Shown: positions 60,456 through 62,536 of the stretch, in pieces
Numbering within the stretch: the stretch's first letter is position 1
Layout of the letters: every line of letters begins with the position of its first letter
DNA from: a virus
Strand: one strand, 5' to 3'
DNA length: 62,536 nucleotides
UHGV virus genome: UHGV-0020642
Notes under the pieces: generated by a model
Seen by the model: only the letters and a program-made list of their open reading frames with translations
Database searches by the model: none
Told to the model about the DNA's origin: nothing
Made by a program: the position numbers and the translations under genes

Positions 60456-60492
60456 CAGTAGTAATCACTAAACAAAGAAAGGACGGCATATT

Positions 60493-60918
60493 ATGCAAAA
60501 ACAAACTACTACAACAAAAACAAACAAACAAGAACAAAAAGTAACTTTGGTAGACAAGATACTTGAACAAGTTGCAAAGGTTGCAGAAAAGGACAAAAAT
60601 GTTAGGAAGCAACAGGTTACTGGTTACATTAGTATTAAATATGGTAACAAAGTTTTATTTGAATTGCACGCAAAAAAGAAAAGTATTAGTCATTTAACTT
60701 TTAGTAACAAACAAAAAGCATATGATATTTTAAAAGCTAATAAACTAATACATAGAGTAGTTCCAGCAAGCTACGGTTGGAAATATAATACTGAATGTTT
60801 CTTAGACGACAACTTTATTAAGTTCTTCCCCGAAATTCTTAAAAGTGTAGTTGCAGAAGCTATTGAAGAACGTAACTTAAAAACTAAAAAAGAAGAAAAG
60901 AAAGTTGCAAAGGCATAG
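60493..60918 (+). CDS. hypothetical Lys-rich protein
   Basis: 141 aa with an RBS. Confidence 0.4.
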   Translation: MQKQTTTTKTNKQEQKVTLVDKILEQVAKVAEKDKNVRKQQVTGYISIKYGNKVLFELHAKKKSISHLTFSNKQKAYDILKANKLIHRVVPASYGWKYNTECFLDDNFIKFFPEILKSVVAEAIEERNLKTKKEEKKVAKA

Positions 60919-60974
60919 GTTACAATTATAGGGCAGGCTTCTGCTTGCCCTATATTTAAAAGGAGAAGTTTATA

Positions 60975-61208
60975 ATGAATAAAATAACTATAAATAATAT
61001 TACATTTAATTTTACTGATATGGACGAAGATGCTTGTATGCTAATGGTTATTTTAAAAGACGGCATATTTGTGACTTGTTTGGAATACTATGTAGGCGGA
61101 GACAAGCATTATTGGTATAATACACTTTTAAATGGCGATAATATTAATGATGCAATTATACAAGAATTATTAGACAAATTTACAGAAATGGTGGTGAGCA
61201 AATGCTAA
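60975..61208 (+). CDS. hypothetical protein
   Basis: 77 aa with a strong AAAGGAGAAG RBS. Confidence 0.4.
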   Translation: MNKITINNITFNFTDMDEDACMLMVILKDGIFVTCLEYYVGGDKHYWYNTLLNGDNINDAIIQELLDKFTEMVVSKC

Positions 61209-61287
61209 AATTTATTGAATATGTTTGGGCAATTATATTAATAGGTGTTTTAGCTACTTTATTTGGCTGGCACTAAAAGGAGAAATA

Positions 61288-61431
61288 ATGAACAAGCTAT
61301 TAGAACAATTAGAGGCTAAAATACGTCTAGCGAAATATTATAGAGGTATTTGTAATAATGAAATTACAGAAGACTATATTAAAGAAGCACAACAAATATT
61401 TAAGCAAATAATAGGAGAATTGAAGCAGTGA
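61288..61431 (+). CDS. hypothetical small protein
   Basis: ATG at 61288 behind an AAAGGAGAAATA RBS (MNKLLEQLEAK...); the longer track ORF starting at 61225 lacks an RBS. Confidence 0.3.
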   Translation: MNKLLEQLEAKIRLAKYYRGICNNEITEDYIKEAQQIFKQIIGELKQ

Positions 61432-61576
61432 CTAAATATTTAAAATATAAGCAAATATTAAGCCAAATACAATTTATTACAACTTTTAATCCCTTAAATG
61501 AAGCAGGTTGTGAAATGGCATTTGAATTAATTGAAAAGAAACTTAAAGAAGCTAAAGAAATAAAGGCAGGTAACTA

Positions 61577-61729
61577 ATGGAATTTATATTTGTAAAGACT
61601 AAAGAATTAGAAGAATTTGAAGAACAAATAAAAGATAGCATTTCTTCAATAAAAAAGAATGGCATACAACTAATATTAGGTAGTTTATTATTTTATATTG
61701 TTCTCTGTGCGATGATTATATTATTATAA
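61577..61729 (+). CDS. small membrane protein (50 aa)
   Basis: MEFIFVKTKELEE... with a C-terminal hydrophobic stretch LILGSLLFYIVLCAMIILL; below the ORF-track size cutoff. Confidence 0.25.
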   Translation: MEFIFVKTKELEEFEEQIKDSISSIKKNGIQLILGSLLFYIVLCAMIILL

Positions 61730-62536
61730 ACTTTCTCCGCCTACATTTAAAATATGTGGGCTTTATTTTATTAAATCCACTATCAGTCTTTCTAAAATAT
61801 ACAAATCTTCTTATCTTTTATTCTCGTGGCTCTCGCTGTATTTTAATATTTTGGTATATTTATACCTATTTATTATTTTACCCGCCTAGAATAGCAATCT
61901 CACTTGTCCGATTTTACTATCTTATACCTATTTTGACTTAACCTACACTTGCTTAGATGTTTATATAGAAATAAAGAAGGACTGACAATATACTTGTATA
62001 TTCTTCCATCAATCCTTCTATAATGCCTTCGTTCCGGTTTATCTGTTTTGAAATTCTCCGAATTAAAAACGATAAACTGATTTTAACATATTTTAACCCT
62101 AGAATGCAAGATTTATCACAAAATCGTTACATCTACCCTTCTTTGCTTCCATCAATCCTTAAATCCTGCAAATTACCTTAAAAAAGTCTCAATATTATAA
62201 CACACATCTTATCTAATTGTCAAGTTTTACCTAAAATATATACAATGTATATACAAATTGTCTTGTTTTTGTTCAGATAGCCCGATTTTTCCTTAAAAGT
62301 TGATTCCTCGCTGGGGTCAAATCGCATGGTATTAAGAAATATTAAGTTCAAGTATATACTTTTCTGTCTATTTTTCCGTCAAATTTTCTATAAAATTGTT
62401 ACAATTCTTAAAGAAAAGGCTAGGAATCTGTCTATAAATCCTAGCCACAACGAATTTTTAAGGAGTATCCGTCAATCCATCTCTATTAACCTGTATGAGG
62501 TAGATAGACGGCCTAATTGAAAAGTTTTAGTCTGGC

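Overview
The window reads as a near-complete, AT-rich (~30% GC) tailed-phage genome. Almost all genes lie on the minus strand. No integrase or small terminase is visible, so I cannot say from sequence whether this is a prophage. The structural genes are PBSX/XkdK-like, which suggests a Firmicutes-type myophage.

Gene order on the minus strand, from high to low coordinate:
- Packaging and head: TerL, portal, scaffold, a lambda-E-like major capsid with an Ig-like decoration protein, and head-tail connectors.
- Tail: sheath, tube, chaperone, tape measure, baseplate (XkdS/J/U-like) and tail fibre.
- A diversity-generating retroelement (DGR): its reverse transcriptase sits just downstream of the tail fibre, and a TR/VR pair targets the tail-fibre C-terminus.
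- Lysis: a putative holin and an M15 peptidase endolysin, followed by Cys/Gly-rich cargo proteins of unknown function.
- A large replication module: SNF2 helicase, a DnaD-like initiator with internal iterons, a DnaC-like loader, DnaB helicase, DnaG primase, a family-A DNA polymerase, a beta-clamp with a three-subunit clamp loader, and an ATP-dependent ligase.
- A complete preQ1 (7-deazaguanine) pathway: FolE, QueD, QueE, QueC, and a long ORF whose C-terminus is QueF and whose N-terminus I infer to be a DpdA-like DNA transglycosylase. This points to 7-deazaguanine hypermodification of the phage DNA.
- A recombination/repair module: a RecA-like protein, a RecU-like and an Hjc-like resolvase, and a Cas4/RecB-like nuclease. 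Nucleotide-housekeeping genes (MazG-like, HAD phosphatase, HD hydrolase) are scattered through the same arm.

The right end carries a few small plus-strand genes and about 0.8 kb of non-coding DNA.

Non-genic signals I could see:
- a conserved promoter-like motif TTATTGTATAAC repeated before early and replication operons;
- 23-bp iterons inside the initiator gene, with a related TTTTGGGA repeat cluster upstream of TerL;
- several hairpin + U-run terminators.

The ORF track treats TTG and GTG as starts, so many 5' ends are approximate. I corrected three where an ATG with a good RBS was obvious.
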